Shown: positions 13,635 to 21,442 of the stretch, piece after piece
Layout: every line of letters begins with the position of its first letter
Position numbering within the stretch: position 1 is the stretch's first letter
NCBI GenBank assembly: GCA_021838945.1
Contig: JAKCCH010000003.1
Coordinates: 792 to 64,791, forward strand
Reading direction: 5' to 3'
DNA length: 64,000 nucleotides
Source of the DNA: Actinomycetes bacterium
Lineage (GTDB): Bacteria; Actinomycetota; Acidimicrobiia; Acidimicrobiales; Bog-793
The notes under the pieces: generated by a model
Seen by the model: the letters and a program-made list of their open reading frames with translations, nothing else
Databases searched by the model: none
Told to the model about the DNA's origin: nothing
Made by a program: the position numbers and the translations under genes

Positions 13635-13663
13635 AGTGTGGCAGATCCGGCTAACCCGGACAA
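13635..13663 (-). promoter_or_regulatory. Putative promoter of the ilvB leader (-35 TTGTCC, 17-nt spacer, -10-like CACACT)
   Basis: Minus strand reads TTGTCC (13663-13658), a 17-nt spacer, then CACACT (13640-13635). The leader GTG lies 7 nt downstream. The CCACACT box and spacing match those in front of the leuA leader. Confidence 0.3.
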
Positions 13664-13694
13664 ACCGCGGATCGCCCCGAGCGCGACTGCAGGT

Positions 13695-15140
13695 TCAACG
13701 GCCGGCGGCCTCGTCGCGCCGTGCCGCCAGCACGCTCGACACGACCTTGCCGTCGGCGCGGCCCTTCGTCGCCTGCATCACCTTGCCGACGAAGTATCCG
13801 GTCACCTTGGCGTCGCCCCCGACGTACCGCGTCCACTCGTCCGGGCTCTCGGCAATGACGCGGTCCACGGCGGCCTCGAGCTCGGCCGTGTCGAGCGCCT
13901 CATAGCCGAGCCGCGCTGCGATGTCGGCCGGGTCGCCCCCCTCCTCGAGCAGGGCACCCAGCACGGTCTTCGACTGCGTGGCGGACAGCTTCCCGTCGTG
14001 CTCCATCTTGACGAGGTCGGCGAACGCCCTGGGGTCGAGCCGGCGGGCGTCGTCGGGCCGCGCCGCCGCCTCGTTCGCCGCCCGCGCCAACGCGAGCCGC
14101 GCGTCCGCACCCACCTCCACGGCGTCCAGCACGAGTTGGTCGAGATCGAGCTCGATCACCGTGAGCACCTGCTCGGCCGACGCTTCGGCGCCGTGGGCGG
14201 CGAAGACCTCGGCGATCCGGCGCCGCCGGTCGGACGGAAGCAGTGCCTCGCCCGCCGTCGCGGCCTCGAGCAGCGCGGCGTCCGGGACGAGTGGGACGAG
14301 GTCGGGCTCCTGGAAGTAGCGGTAGTCGTACGCCTCTTCCTTCGATCTCAGCGGGTGCGTGACGCCGGCGTCCTCGTCCCAGTGCCGGGTCTCCTGTGTG
14401 ACGGCCCCGCCGGCCTCGAGCAACTCCACCTGGCGCCGGGCCTCGTACTCGATGGCACGAACGAGTGACCGGAGCGAGTTCAGGTTCTTCACCTCGCAGC
14501 GCGTCCCGAGGATGTCGCTTCCGGTCGGGCGTACCGAGATGTTCGCGTCGACCCGGAGGGAGCCCTCCTCCATCCGGCCGTCGGAAGCGCCCGTCGCGAC
14601 GAGCACACCGCGGAGCTCGATCACATAGGCACGAGCCTGCTCGGCGGAGCGGATGTCCGGTGCCGACACGGTCTCGACGAGCGGCACACCGGCCCGGTTG
14701 TAGTCGACGAGCGAGTGGCTGGCCCCGTGGATGCGGCCGGTCGCCCCGACATGCGTCGTCTTGCCGGTGTCCTCCTCGATGTGGGCACGTTCGATGCCGA
14801 CGACCGATCCGTCCGGGAGCTCGAGGCGGCCGTTCACGTTGACCGGCTCGTCGTACTGGCTGATCTGGTAGTCCTTCGGCATGTCCGGATAGAAGTAGTT
14901 CTTCCGGTGGAAGACCGACGGCCGGATCTCGCAGCCGAGCGCCGTCCCGATCCGCATCGCGAGCTCCACCGCCCGCCGGTTGAGCACCGGCAGCGATCCG
15001 GGCAAGCCGAGGCAGACAGGGCAGATGTTCGTGTTCGGCTCGGCCCCGAAGACGTTCGGGCACCCGCAGAACAGCTTCGTGGCAGTGGCCAGCTCGCAAT
15101 GGACCTCGAGGCCGACGACGGTCTCGTACCCCTCAGGCAC
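13695..15140 (-). CDS. gatB: Asp-tRNA(Asn)/Glu-tRNA(Gln) amidotransferase subunit B
   Basis: 481 aa beginning MPEGYETVVGLEVHCELATATKLFCGCPNVFGAEPNTNICPVCLGLPGSLPVLN... Confidence 0.96.
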   Translation of the reverse strand: MPEGYETVVGLEVHCELATATKLFCGCPNVFGAEPNTNICPVCLGLPGSLPVLNRRAVELAMRIGTALGCEIRPSVFHRKNYFYPDMPKDYQISQYDEPVNVNGRLELPDGSVVGIERAHIEEDTGKTTHVGATGRIHGASHSLVDYNRAGVPLVETVSAPDIRSAEQARAYVIELRGVLVATGASDGRMEEGSLRVDANISVRPTGSDILGTRCEVKNLNSLRSLVRAIEYEARRQVELLEAGGAVTQETRHWDEDAGVTHPLRSKEEAYDYRYFQEPDLVPLVPDAALLEAATAGEALLPSDRRRRIAEVFAAHGAEASAEQVLTVIELDLDQLVLDAVEVGADARLALARAANEAAARPDDARRLDPRAFADLVKMEHDGKLSATQSKTVLGALLEEGGDPADIAARLGYEALDTAELEAAVDRVIAESPDEWTRYVGGDAKVTGYFVGKVMQATKGRADGKVVSSVLAARRDEAAGR

Positions 15141-16626
15141 CGTCCGCCGCCTCCCCCCGGGCGCGCCCGCCGACCGGGACCGGCCCTCGGGCTTCGGCCG
15201 GAGCCGCCTGCTCGAGCACCGCAGCCACCTGCACCATCAATGCCTCACCGAGCGCCGGGGCCATGACCTGCACGCCCACTGGGAGGCCCTCGTCGCCGAG
15301 CGCGTACGGCACGCTGATCGCCGGCTGGCCGGTGAGGTTGGAGGAGACCGTGCAGAGGTCGGAGAGGTACATCTCGATCGGGTTCGCCGTCTTCGCCCCG
15401 AGCTCGAACGCCTCGGACGGCGTGGTCGGCGACAGCAACACGTCGAAACGCTCGTACGCGGCGTCGAACGCCCGGGTCACGAGCGTGCGCACCCGCTGCG
15501 CCTGGCCGTAGTAGGCGTCGTAGTACCCGGCCGACAGGGCATACGTGCCGATCATGATCCGGCGACGCACCTCCCTCCCGAAGCCGGCGGCGCGCGTCCG
15601 TGCGTTCATGGCCTCGACGTCCGGCCCCTCGACCCGGAGACCGTACCGGACGCCGTCATAGCGGGCGAGGTTCGACGAGGCCTCGGCCGGGGCGATCACG
15701 TAGTACGCCGGCAACCCGAGGCGTGCCTCCGGGACCGAGACGGCGTCGACCTTCGCACCGGCGGCGGCGAGCGCGTCGGCGGCATCGTTCGCGGCGCGCC
15801 GGCACGAGGCGGACACGTCGTCCACGAAGTCCTCGAGCACGCCGACCCGCAGCCCTTCCACCCCCCGGCCGAGCACCTCGATCAGACGAGGTGCGGGGCG
15901 CGCGAGGCAGGTGGAGTCACGCGGGTCTCCTCCGCCGATGACCTCGAGCGCGAGAGCGGCGTCGGCCACGGTCGGCGCGAACGGACCGATCTGGTCGAGC
16001 GAGCTCGCAAAGGCGATCAAGCCGTACCGGGAGACGACGCCGTAGGTCGGCTTGATGCCGACGACACCGCAGAGCGAGGCCGGCTGGCGTATCGACCCGC
16101 CGGTGTCCGAGCCGAAGGCGAGCGGGACGACGCCGGCGGCAACGGCCGCCGCGCTGCCACCCGACGACCCACCGGGCACGCGGCTCAAGTCCCAGGGGTT
16201 GTGTGTCGGCCCGAACGCCGAGTTCTCCGTCGAAGAGCCCATCGCGAACTCGTCCAGGTTGGTCTTCCCGACGGCAACGGCTCCCGCCCCCCGCAGCCGC
16301 TCGACGACCGTCGCGTCGTAGGGCGGCCGCCACCCTTCGAGGATCCTCGAGGAGCACGTCGTCTCGATCCCGTGCGTGCAGAGGTTGTCCTTCAGCGCGA
16401 TCGGGACGCCGGCGAGCGGTCCAGGGTCCCGTCCCTCCCCGACTGCCTCGTCGACGCGCGCCGCCTCACGCCTCGCCTTGTCGCCGAGCACGGTCTGGAA
16501 GCAGTGCAGGTCCCCCTCGGTCGCGTCGAGGCGCGCCAGCGCCTCCTCGATGACCTCGACAGCCGTGACGTCACCTGCTCGCACTGCTTTGGCGACGGCG
16601 GCCGCTCCGGCGTCGAGCAGGCTCAC
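15133..16626 (-). CDS. gatA: Glutamyl-tRNA(Gln) amidotransferase subunit A
   Basis: Track ORF 15133-17022 trimmed to the GTG at 16626 (VSLLDAGAAAVAKAVRAGDVTAVEV...), giving a GTGA overlap with the gatC stop. Amidase signature is GGSSGGSAAAVAAG. Confidence 0.94.
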   Translation of the reverse strand: MSLLDAGAAAVAKAVRAGDVTAVEVIEEALARLDATEGDLHCFQTVLGDKARREAARVDEAVGEGRDPGPLAGVPIALKDNLCTHGIETTCSSRILEGWRPPYDATVVERLRGAGAVAVGKTNLDEFAMGSSTENSAFGPTHNPWDLSRVPGGSSGGSAAAVAAGVVPLAFGSDTGGSIRQPASLCGVVGIKPTYGVVSRYGLIAFASSLDQIGPFAPTVADAALALEVIGGGDPRDSTCLARPAPRLIEVLGRGVEGLRVGVLEDFVDDVSASCRRAANDAADALAAAGAKVDAVSVPEARLGLPAYYVIAPAEASSNLARYDGVRYGLRVEGPDVEAMNARTRAAGFGREVRRRIMIGTYALSAGYYDAYYGQAQRVRTLVTRAFDAAYERFDVLLSPTTPSEAFELGAKTANPIEMYLSDLCTVSSNLTGQPAISVPYALGDEGLPVGVQVMAPALGEALMVQVAAVLEQAAPAEARGPVPVGGRARGEAADGA

Positions 16627-16922
16627 GGCTCCTCCCGGAGGATGGCCGGCACGACGATGCGCCCCTCCTCCGCCGCCGGTGCGGCCGCCAACACCTCGTC
16701 CCGCTCGAGGCACGGCCCGACGACGTCGTCCCGGAGCACGTTCGAGAGCGGGATCGCATGGGCTGTCGCCGGCACGCCCGACGTGTCGAGCTGGCGGATG
16801 GCGTCGACGTGCTCGAGGAGGGCAGTCAGTTCGCCGACGAGGCCGTGCAGCTCCTCGTCGGACAGCTCGAGGCGCGCCAGGCGGGCGACGTGGCGGACCT
16901 CGTCGATTCCGATGCCGGCCAC
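16623..16922 (-). CDS. gatC: Glutamyl-tRNA(Gln) amidotransferase subunit C
   Basis: 99 aa with a GTG start, (M)AGIGIDEVRHVARLARLELSDEELHGLVGELTALLEHVDAIRQLDTSGV... Confidence 0.92.
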   Translation of the reverse strand: MAGIGIDEVRHVARLARLELSDEELHGLVGELTALLEHVDAIRQLDTSGVPATAHAIPLSNVLRDDVVGPCLERDEVLAAAPAAEEGRIVVPAILREEP

Positions 16923-17678
16923 TTAGGAGGAGAACACCTTGCTCGCGAACTCGACCGCGCGCTGCTCGATCTCGGCCTGGTCGTGGTCGAGCGTCGCCAC
17001 GTGGTAGCTGCGCTCGAGCCACACGCGCTCGACCGGCCCGGAGACATGCTCGACGACGAGGTCTCCGTTGCTCGACGGGAGAACGTGGTCGGCGCGGCTC
17101 GAGAGCAGCAGCACCGGACAGGAGATGACGCCGAGGGCGGCAGCCACCTCGCCGGCAGCATCCATGAGGGACAGCAGCGGCACGACCGGCGTCGCCTCGT
17201 ACGCACCCTCCCTCACACCCTCGAGTGCGATGTCCTCGCCGACGCCGGGGATGCGGTCCATCCCGGCGTCGAGGATCCCGTGCAACATCTCATAGAAGCT
17301 CTCCGCCGCCTGCTCCACGAGCGGGTTCACCAGCACGAGGCCGGCGACTTCGGGATGCCGCTCCGCCAGCCAGAGCGAGAGCGTGCCGCCCATCGAGAGC
17401 CCGGCCACCATCACCCGGTTGCAGCGAGCGGCGAGGGACTGGAAGGCCTCGTTCGCAGCGCGGGACCAGTCGGCGAACGTGGTGTCGAGCATGTCCTCGA
17501 TCGATGTCCCGTGGCCGGGGAGCAGCGGCAGCTCGACGCAGTAGCCGGCATCCGCGAACGCCTCGGCGAGCGGGCGCATCGACCGCGGGCTCCCGGTGAA
17601 GCCGTGCAGGACGAGCACGCCGTCCTGGCCGTTCGAGGCCGAGAAGGGCTCGGCGCCTTCGACGATCGGTGAGACCAC
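16923..17678 (-). CDS. Alpha/beta-fold carboxylesterase / monoacylglycerol-lipase-like serine hydrolase
   Basis: 251 aa with HGFTGSP and the nucleophile elbow GLSMGG. Its stop TAA (16923-16925) directly abuts the gatC GTG at 16922. Confidence 0.8.
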   Translation of the reverse strand: MVSPIVEGAEPFSASNGQDGVLVLHGFTGSPRSMRPLAEAFADAGYCVELPLLPGHGTSIEDMLDTTFADWSRAANEAFQSLAARCNRVMVAGLSMGGTLSLWLAERHPEVAGLVLVNPLVEQAAESFYEMLHGILDAGMDRIPGVGEDIALEGVREGAYEATPVVPLLSLMDAAGEVAAALGVISCPVLLLSSRADHVLPSSNGDLVVEHVSGPVERVWLERSYHVATLDHDQAEIEQRAVEFASKVFSS

Positions 17679-17748
17679 GGCGGTTCATGGTAGTCGGGAG
17701 CCGCAGGTATTCTCCCCGGGCACCGCGTGCGCGGGTGAGGAGGTGGAC

Positions 17749-18156
17749 ATGGGTGAGTACGCGTTTCTGAGTGACGAATGGACCGCCGAGGCCCGCAAGG
17801 TGCAGGCGGAGTTCGGTGAGCGCGCACCGAGGCCACCTGTCGAGATGCGGATGAACCTCGTCGTGAAGGAGGTGCCCTTCGGTGAGGGCTGCATCGACGC
17901 CCACCTCGACACGAGCGCCGGCGAGGTCGTGCTCGAGATCGGGCACCTCGAGGCCCCCGACCTGACCGTGACGGTCGACTACGAGACGGCGAAGGCGATC
18001 CTCGTCGACCAGAACCCGCAAGCGGGCATGCAGGCGTTCATGGCCGGTCGCATCAAGATCGAGGGTGACATGTCGAAGCTCCTCGCCATGCAGACGGGGC
18101 CGGTTGATCCGGTGCACGCTGAGATCGTGGGCCGGATCCGGTCGTTCACTGCCTGA
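17749..18156 (+). CDS. SCP2 sterol-carrier-domain protein
   Basis: Track ORF 17596-18156 trimmed to the ATG at 17749, which is preceded by GAGGAGGTGG. The 135-aa product ends ...NPQAGMQAFMAGRIKIEGDMSKLLAMQ..., typical of SCP2 domains. Confidence 0.78.
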   Translation: MGEYAFLSDEWTAEARKVQAEFGERAPRPPVEMRMNLVVKEVPFGEGCIDAHLDTSAGEVVLEIGHLEAPDLTVTVDYETAKAILVDQNPQAGMQAFMAGRIKIEGDMSKLLAMQTGPVDPVHAEIVGRIRSFTA

Positions 18157-18177
18157 GCGGGCCGGTCGCGCGCGCAA

Positions 18178-18260
18178 CCCGGGCTGCGCCGCACACCACC
18201 CGGGCTGCGCCCACCACCCCCGGGCTGCGCCGCACACCACCCGGGCTGCGCCCACCCGAC
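18178..18260. repeat. Tandem repeat, two copies of a 41-nt unit (four CCCGGGCTGCGC cores) between convergent genes
   Basis: Cores start at 18178, 18199, 18219 and 18240 and alternate the tails CGCACACCA and CCACCACC/CCACCCGAC. The region lies between the SCP2 stop (18156) and the SDR stop (18290). Confidence 0.85.
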
Positions 18261-18289
18261 TTTCAATTCGTGAAGCTGACGTGTGTCGG

Positions 18290-19168
18290 TCAGCCGACGA
18301 TCGAGGGGACTTGCTCCGCGAGCTCTGCGATCGTCCAGCGGTCGCCCTTGTCGATGTCCTTCGTGAGGGTCCACGGCTGGAAGTACTGGACCTTGCCGCC
18401 CTGCACGAAGAAGGTCTTTCCGGTGAACGGGCAGCTCTCGGTCGCGAGGTAGCCGACGAGCGGAGAGACGTTCGCCGGGTCCCACGCATCGAACGTCCCT
18501 GCGTCAGCCGGCGGTTGCACGATGTCGGACAAGCCAGGTGTCGACTCCGTCATCCGTGTGCGCGCAGCGGGAGCGATGGCGTTGACGCGCACCCCGTAGC
18601 GGGAGAGCTCCTGGGCCGTGATGATGGTGAACGCGGCGATGCCGGCCTTGGCGGCGCCGTAGTTGGCCTGGCCCGGGTTCCCGAGCAGGCCTGACGTCGA
18701 CGACGTGTTGACGACGGCGGCCTTCACCTGCTGCCCCGCCTTCGACTGCTCTCGCCAGTAGGCGGCGGCCCAGCGCGTCGGGACGAAGTGACCCTTCAGG
18801 TGAACGTGGATGACCGCGTCCCACTCTGCTTCGGTCATGTTGACGAGCACGCGGTCACGCAGGATCCCGGCGTTGTTGACGAGCACGTGGAGGTCGCCGA
18901 ATGCCTCGATGGCCGCGTTGACGAGGCGCTGACCCCCCTCCCAGTCGGCAACGTTGTCGGCGTTGGCGATCGCCTCGCCGCCCATCTCCTTGATCTCGTC
19001 CGCCACCTGCTGCGCAGGCGACCGATCGTCACCCGAGCCGTCGACGGCTCCGCCGAGGTCGTTGACGACGACCTTGGCTCCTTCGCTGGCGAACAGGAGG
19101 GCATGCTCGCGGCCGATGCCGCGCCCCGCGCCGGTGATGATCGCGACCCTTCCTTCCAGAGCACCCAT
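18290..19168 (-). CDS. Short-chain dehydrogenase/reductase (MFE-2 dehydrogenase-domain-like)
   Basis: 292 aa with TGAGRGIGRE, NNAGI and YGAAKAG (Y-x3-K). Confidence 0.9.
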   Translation of the reverse strand: MGALEGRVAIITGAGRGIGREHALLFASEGAKVVVNDLGGAVDGSGDDRSPAQQVADEIKEMGGEAIANADNVADWEGGQRLVNAAIEAFGDLHVLVNNAGILRDRVLVNMTEAEWDAVIHVHLKGHFVPTRWAAAYWREQSKAGQQVKAAVVNTSSTSGLLGNPGQANYGAAKAGIAAFTIITAQELSRYGVRVNAIAPAARTRMTESTPGLSDIVQPPADAGTFDAWDPANVSPLVGYLATESCPFTGKTFFVQGGKVQYFQPWTLTKDIDKGDRWTIAELAEQVPSIVG

Positions 19169-19199
19169 CCGTCTGTCCTTCCGTCAGATCCCCCGACGT

Positions 19200-19220
19200 G
19201 TTGATTGTCCGAACATCAAC
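19200..19220. promoter_or_regulatory. Operator-like palindrome upstream of the SDR gene
   Basis: GTTGAT-TGTCCGAAC-ATCAAC has 6-bp arms and a 9-nt spacer. It sits in a locally AT-richer patch 32-52 nt upstream of the SDR ATG. Pattern only. Confidence 0.25.
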
Positions 19221-19271
19221 TTGTCAGGTCGCGCTTCCGCCGCGCAAGACGGACACAGGTCAGGCGAGGTG

Positions 19272-21356
19272 TCAGACGATGTAGAGGACGACCGTCGTGC
19301 CTTCCCTCACCGACTGCCCCGAACTGGGTGAAGTGGCGTAGACGAAACCGTGCTGGCCGCCGACGCCGACGAGCTGGTACGCGAGTCCTGCTGCCGAGAG
19401 CGCCGACTCCGCCTTCTTCACGGACAGGCCGAACAGCGGCGGCACCTTCACGTACGGCTTCCCGAGCGAGACCGTGAGCAGCACGGTGGTGCCGCGCTTC
19501 ACGCTCAGCCTGGCAGCCGGGTCCTGCGCGACGACGTCACCGGCGGGGACCGTCGTCGAGTACTGCCCGTTCGGTGCCTGCTTGCCGACGAGCCCGATCT
19601 TCGCGAGGTCCTTCTCTGCGGTCTGGAGCGGTACTCCCTGCAGCGGCGGCACGATGCGCGGGTGGGGTCCGCGGGAGATGTAGAGGATCACCGGCGATCC
19701 GCGCGGCACGCGCTTCGACGACGGGAGCGGGCTCTCCGAGATGACATGACCAGGATGGACGGTCTCGCTGTATACGAGCTCCGGGATGGCTCGCAGGTGC
19801 GCGACCGCGATGAGGCGCCGGGCCAGGAGCTGCGGAAGTCCCTTGACGTCCGGGACCGCTACCGGCGCCGGACCGAGGGACTCGATCACGATGACGACTG
19901 TTCCCGCTTTGACACGCCGTCCAGCAGGTAGCGACTGGCTGAGGACGTCCCCACTCGGCACGTGGCCGTCGTACTTCTTGGCGCCGATGCGGAATTTGAG
20001 GCCCGCAGTCTGAAGCATCGCCCGCGCCATGCCGACAGGCTGGTGGTCGACCGATGGCACGAGGTCGCCGGTCACGCGGAGCTGCAAGAAGGCGGCGACG
20101 GCACCGCCGGCCAGGAGGGCGATCACGAGCGCGACGGCGGCTATGAGCCGTCCGCGCCGGCGACGCTGCGGTCGGAGTCCACGGTGGTCTCCGCTGCCCA
20201 CCACCCCACCGGGACTTTCCGAGTCCTCGGCATGCCCTTCGGCGGCGGGAACGTGACGAGCCGGTGGTGTCGCCACCTGCGCGCTCATGGGGGTGAGCTC
20301 TCCGTCGACAGCCGGAACGGCCTCGGCAGCCGCCAGTCCCATGACAGTGAGGTCGTCCACGAGCTCGTCGTGCGGCATCGGCGCATCAGCGCGCTCGAGG
20401 TCGACGGCCTGCAGGACCGCCGTGTGGCCGGCGAGGACGTGACCGGGATCGAGATCGGTCGCGTCCCGGTCCGCCCACATGGACGCGCCCGGGCCGAGAT
20501 CGGCGTGCACGAGCGGCAGCGGCGCCCTCTGGGGCAGCTGGCGCTCGAGCTGAGACAATTCGTCTGCCAGCCCGGCTGCGTCGAGACGAGCGAGCGGCTC
20601 GGGTATCGCGGCGGCGGCCAGGATCGGGGCGAGGGGCCCGAGCTCGCGGGCCGGCGGGATGGTGCGGTCGATCCGCGCCATGAGAGTGCCGGACACCGTC
20701 TCGGCAGAGAAGGGCACCTGGCCCGTGAGCGCCTCGTAGAGGACGAGAGCGAGCGAGTAGACGTCCGTGCGGTCGTCGAGCGGGGTGCCCTTGGCCTGCT
20801 CCGGCGAGGCGTAGCGGGCAGTCCCGAACATCACGCCGAGCGGCTCGGTGAGGGACGCCTGCGCGATCGCCCGCGCAACGCCGAAGTCGGCGATGCGGAC
20901 GTGGCCGTCCTCGTCGAACAGGAGGTTCCCCGGCTTGATGTCCCGGTGGATGATGCCGCGCCGGTGCGCGTAGGCGAGGCCGGCGGCAGCTTCTGACCCG
21001 AGCGCTGCGGTCTGCGCGTGCGACAGCTTGGCGCCCTTGTCGAGAAGCGCCCGGAGGCTCCCGCCCGTGAGCAGCTCCAGTACGAGGAAAGGCCCGGCTT
21101 CCTCTTCTCCCCAGTCGAAGACCCGCATGACGTGGGGGTGGTCGAGCGAGGCGGCGAGCCTCGCCTCGGCGCGGAAGCGCCGCAGGAAGGCGTGGTCGTT
21201 CGCGAGGCTCGGATGCAGCACTTTCACGGCGACGCGACGCTGCAGCCGCGTGTCCACTGCGGCGAAGACCTGGGATGACGCTCCGGAGCCGATGGGGGCG
21301 AGCAGCCGGAATCGGCCGCCGATGACGCGGCCCACCTGTTCAGTGATGCTCGGCAT
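19272..21356 (-). CDS. Transmembrane Ser/Thr protein kinase with four extracellular PASTA domains (PknB-like)
   Basis: Track ORF trimmed to the ATG at 21356 (MPSITEQVGRVIGGRFRLLAPIGSGASSQVFAAVD...VAVKVL). Motifs are HRDIKPGNLL, DFG and SPEQ, with TM helix LIAAVALVIALLAGGAVAAFLQL. Four roughly 65-aa PASTA-like repeats follow, ending ...GTTVVLYIV. Confidence 0.92.
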   Translation of the reverse strand: MPSITEQVGRVIGGRFRLLAPIGSGASSQVFAAVDTRLQRRVAVKVLHPSLANDHAFLRRFRAEARLAASLDHPHVMRVFDWGEEEAGPFLVLELLTGGSLRALLDKGAKLSHAQTAALGSEAAAGLAYAHRRGIIHRDIKPGNLLFDEDGHVRIADFGVARAIAQASLTEPLGVMFGTARYASPEQAKGTPLDDRTDVYSLALVLYEALTGQVPFSAETVSGTLMARIDRTIPPARELGPLAPILAAAAIPEPLARLDAAGLADELSQLERQLPQRAPLPLVHADLGPGASMWADRDATDLDPGHVLAGHTAVLQAVDLERADAPMPHDELVDDLTVMGLAAAEAVPAVDGELTPMSAQVATPPARHVPAAEGHAEDSESPGGVVGSGDHRGLRPQRRRRGRLIAAVALVIALLAGGAVAAFLQLRVTGDLVPSVDHQPVGMARAMLQTAGLKFRIGAKKYDGHVPSGDVLSQSLPAGRRVKAGTVVIVIESLGPAPVAVPDVKGLPQLLARRLIAVAHLRAIPELVYSETVHPGHVISESPLPSSKRVPRGSPVILYISRGPHPRIVPPLQGVPLQTAEKDLAKIGLVGKQAPNGQYSTTVPAGDVVAQDPAARLSVKRGTTVLLTVSLGKPYVKVPPLFGLSVKKAESALSAAGLAYQLVGVGGQHGFVYATSPSSGQSVREGTTVVLYIV

Positions 21357-21442
21357 GAGTATCCGGCGCAAGCCTAACCCGGGTCTCCCCCGACTCAGCG
21401 GCAGCCGGCCGCTCAGCGCCGGCCGCCGGCAGTCGCAGGCAC

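Noticed and set aside
14980-16926. 648-aa plus-strand ORF
   Set aside because: It is antisense to gatB, gatA and gatC. This is a low-complexity, GC-driven frame.
18178-18260. Possible CRISPR array
   Set aside because: The repeats are directly adjacent with no unique spacers, the region is only about 83 nt long, and there are no cas genes. It is a simple tandem repeat.
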